Assembly (NCBI GenBank): GCA_051294375.1
Contig: CM119267.1
Location: forward strand, 1,649,080-1,713,079
DNA from: Paraspadella gotoi
Lineage: Eukaryota > Animalia > Chaetognatha
Direction of reading: 5' to 3'
DNA: 64,000 nucleotides
Both the position numbers and the translations under genes were made by a program. Of this stretch, positions 61,233 through 64,000 are shown piece after piece. The notes below the pieces were generated by a model. That model was not told where the DNA came from, did not search any database, and was given only the letters and a program-made list of their open reading frames with translations. Numbering within the stretch: position 1 is the stretch's first letter; each line of letters opens with the position of its first letter.

Positions 61233-63913
61233 TCAGTGACCTACCCTTCATCGTGAGCTTCACATCACACGAATTCGTCTTTAGCTCTGAAGATTAGCAA
61301 TGCACATAACAAGACTAAGTTTAGTAGTATTGTTCAATGTACAATCCAAACAGTTAGCAGCCTCGTAGAATTGAGCTTTCAATGTTAAAATTCTCTACAA
61401 TCTTATTCATATTACTTTCTCTCATTAATTTTAAAATGACTTAACAAAAAATTGAATTTTCGATTTCTCTCTTTTTCATCTTCTTTTTCTCTCTTCCTCC
61501 TCTTATGTAATTCCTATGAATTATATAATTGGTTGTATCAATTTGATAGACTAGTCATTAGTCAAATCTTATTCAAACCTTTTCACAATTTAAATCTACT
61601 CATATTTCTCATTAACTACATCAGCCGAAGATTTCTATAAAAAATATATTTCTTCTCTGTCCCTCATTTCTTTCTTTCCTCCTTCTATTCCTGGGCTTTT
61701 ATTCTTTCTTGATTCAATAATATCCAGACTTCATTTAAAGTTAACCAAGAACAATTTACGTTGCTAATGTTAGAATACCACTGTAGAGTAAATCAAATCA
61801 AAATGTATATTTTATTTTTATGTATTCATACATATAATCTCCAGTCTTCTGCTTCCTCCCCTCTCTCCCTCTCTCTCTCTATAGTGAAGATTGGGAGAAA
61901 GAATTCAGTAAATTACAAAAANNNNNNNNNNNNNNNNNNNNNNNNNNNNNNNNNNNNNNNNNNNNNNNNNNNNNNNNNNNNNNNNNNNNNNNNNNNNNNN
62001 NNNNNNNNNNNNNNNNNNNNNNNNNNNNNNNNNNNNNNNNNNNNNNNNNNNNNNNNNNNNNNNNNNNNNNNNNNNNNNNNNNNNNNNNNNNNNNNNNNNN
62101 NNNNNNNNNNNNNNNNNNNNNNNNNNNNNNNNNNNNNNNNNNNNNNNNNNNNNNNNNNNNNNNNNNNNTCTCTCTCTTTCTTTCTTTCTTTCTTTCTTAC
62201 TTTCTTTAGTCTACTCTCAGTTTTACGCTAAATCTATCTGTTTCCTTCGATGCGAGAAAATTCTCTGTATAATTTCTTCAACAGAATGACAATAATTGAT
62301 CCTATTAAAAAAGAAAGGAAAATATTAATTATTAAATAAAAAATATTACATAGTAAAAATAGTGATTGAATGAATGAATTGAAGAAAACATCAATGAATG
62401 AATAAATGAATGAATGAATGAATGAATGAATGAATGACTGAATAAACTAAATGATTAAATAAATGAATGGAAAAATGCATGAATCATTCAATCAGTCAAT
62501 CAGTCAATCAATTAATCAGATAACCAATCAAGCAATCACTTTTTTTGTGTTTTTCTGTCTCCTCGACTTTGATTTCTTCTTTCTATCTTGTTCTGTCTTT
62601 CTTTCTATCCCCGCGGCGGAGAAACTACGTCGCTCACTGCCGTCGTCGTCGTCCTCGGCGGCGGCGGCGGCGGCGGCGGCNNNNNNNNNNNNNNNNNNNN
62701 NNNNNNNNNNNNNNNNNNNNNNNNNNNNNNNNNNNNNNNNNNNNNNNNNNNNNNNNNNNNNNNNNNNNNNNNNNNNNNNNNNNNNNNNNNNNNNNNNNNN
62801 NNNNNNNNNNNNNNNNNNNNNNNNNNNNNNNNNNNNNNNNNNNNNNNNNNNNNNNNNNNNNNNNNNNNNNNNNNNNNNNNNNNNNNNNNNNNNNNNNNNN
62901 NNNNNNNNNNNNNNNNNNNNNNNNNNNNNNNNNNNNNNNNNNNNNNNAACAACAACAAAAACAAGAACAAAAACAACAACAATTAATGTTCAGAAAATTG
63001 TTCATTAAAATTGGTACAACCAAAATAACAATTAATCATTCTTCAAATAAACAAGTTGTCTTGCCCCTGATTTTGGACAGGCTACAATGTAACACACTGA
63101 ATCCCGCCGCTAGAAAAAAAGTTGCAATTGACAAACCTGTAAAGATTTATTTCAATCTGAAACATTTTTTGCGGAGTAAAAACCAAAACCAAAACCAAAT
63201 TATCATATTGATTGGTTTTGATTTGACATGGCAACCAGCCGAGACAAGCAATCGTCTTTCATTTTCTATATATAATATTATATAAATATATTATATATAG
63301 AATTACATCGGAGAACAAATAATTGTGATTAAAATTTATCTTCGTCCATTCTCGGCTCAGCCTCACTCACCTCTGCCACACTTGACTCACACTTCACTCA
63401 CACCTCACCCACTCCTGATCCACATCTCACCAGCGAATCCTTCCGTCCGCCGAATCGCATCATCCTTCGGTCCGTTTGTCCGTCAGAAATCCATCCTCAC
63501 TTGACCAATTTATTTTTAATCAGACGACGACGACGACNNNNNNNNNNNNNNNNNNNNNNNNNNNNNNNNNNNNNNNNNNNNNNNNNNNNNNNNNNNNNNN
63601 NNNNNNNNNNNNNNNNNNNNNNNNNNNNNNNNNNNNNNNNNNNNNNNNNNNNNNNNNNNNNNNNNNNNNNNNNNNNNNNNNNNNNNNNNNNNNNNNNNNN
63701 NNNNNNNNNNNNNNNNNNNNNNNNNNNNNNNNNNNNNNNNNNNNNNNNNNAAAAAAAATACTTGATAAAAATCGATTTTTATTTTGAATAAAAAAAAAAC
63801 AAACATCTGCGATGGAAAAAAAAAGACAAAATCAAGCTGGACATCCTTTTTAGTTTTTGCGTCCTTGTCAGAGACAGACATACGGAGAGACGGACTTATA
63901 GAGAGAGAGTCAA

Positions 63914-64000
63914 AGAGACGAACAGAGAGAGAGAGAGACGAACAGAGAGAGAGAGACGAACAGACAGAGAGAGACGAACAGACAGAGAGAGACGAACAGA
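63914..64000. repeat. ~18-20-bp repeat GAGAGAGACGAACAGA(CA)
   Basis: About 5 copies running to the window end. Confidence 0.85.

Noticed and set aside
39675-63881. Long ORFs containing X runs
   Set aside because: They stay open only because they cross N gaps.

Overview
Eukaryotic (metazoan-type, intron-containing) draft-assembly sequence with very dense microsatellites ((GA)n, (ACG)n, (AAT)n, (GAT)n, (AATC)n, (AAAG)n), many N gaps, and long stretches that look like unpolished long-read fill (indel-rich, next to exact 25-N gaps). Almost all ORF-track entries are spurious, but manual translation across the indels reveals two real multi-exon genes on the + strand. (1) The 3' half of an alpha-catenin gene (~293-6460; M3 domain, linker, actin-binding domain). 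(2) A concentrative nucleoside transporter gene (SLC28/CNT, ~11741-18190, 9 putative exons). The CNT locus appears twice more (direct copy ~21170-32900, inverted copy ~32926-38958); these are most likely gap-filling artefacts. The most interesting signal is an ~17-copy, 87-bp (29-codon, stop-free) tandem array at 828-2340. It repeats the 3' end of an alpha-catenin exon together with its 5' splice site, in the acidic linker between M3 and the actin-binding domain, and could act as a ladder of in-frame alternative donors. Also present: BEL/Pao and probable LINE remnants, MITE-like/foldback elements, two diverged hairpin-conserving intronic elements, and several minisatellites. No gene could be identified beyond ~39 kb. 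Exon boundaries are approximate because of sequencing indels, and the species cannot be named from this sequence.
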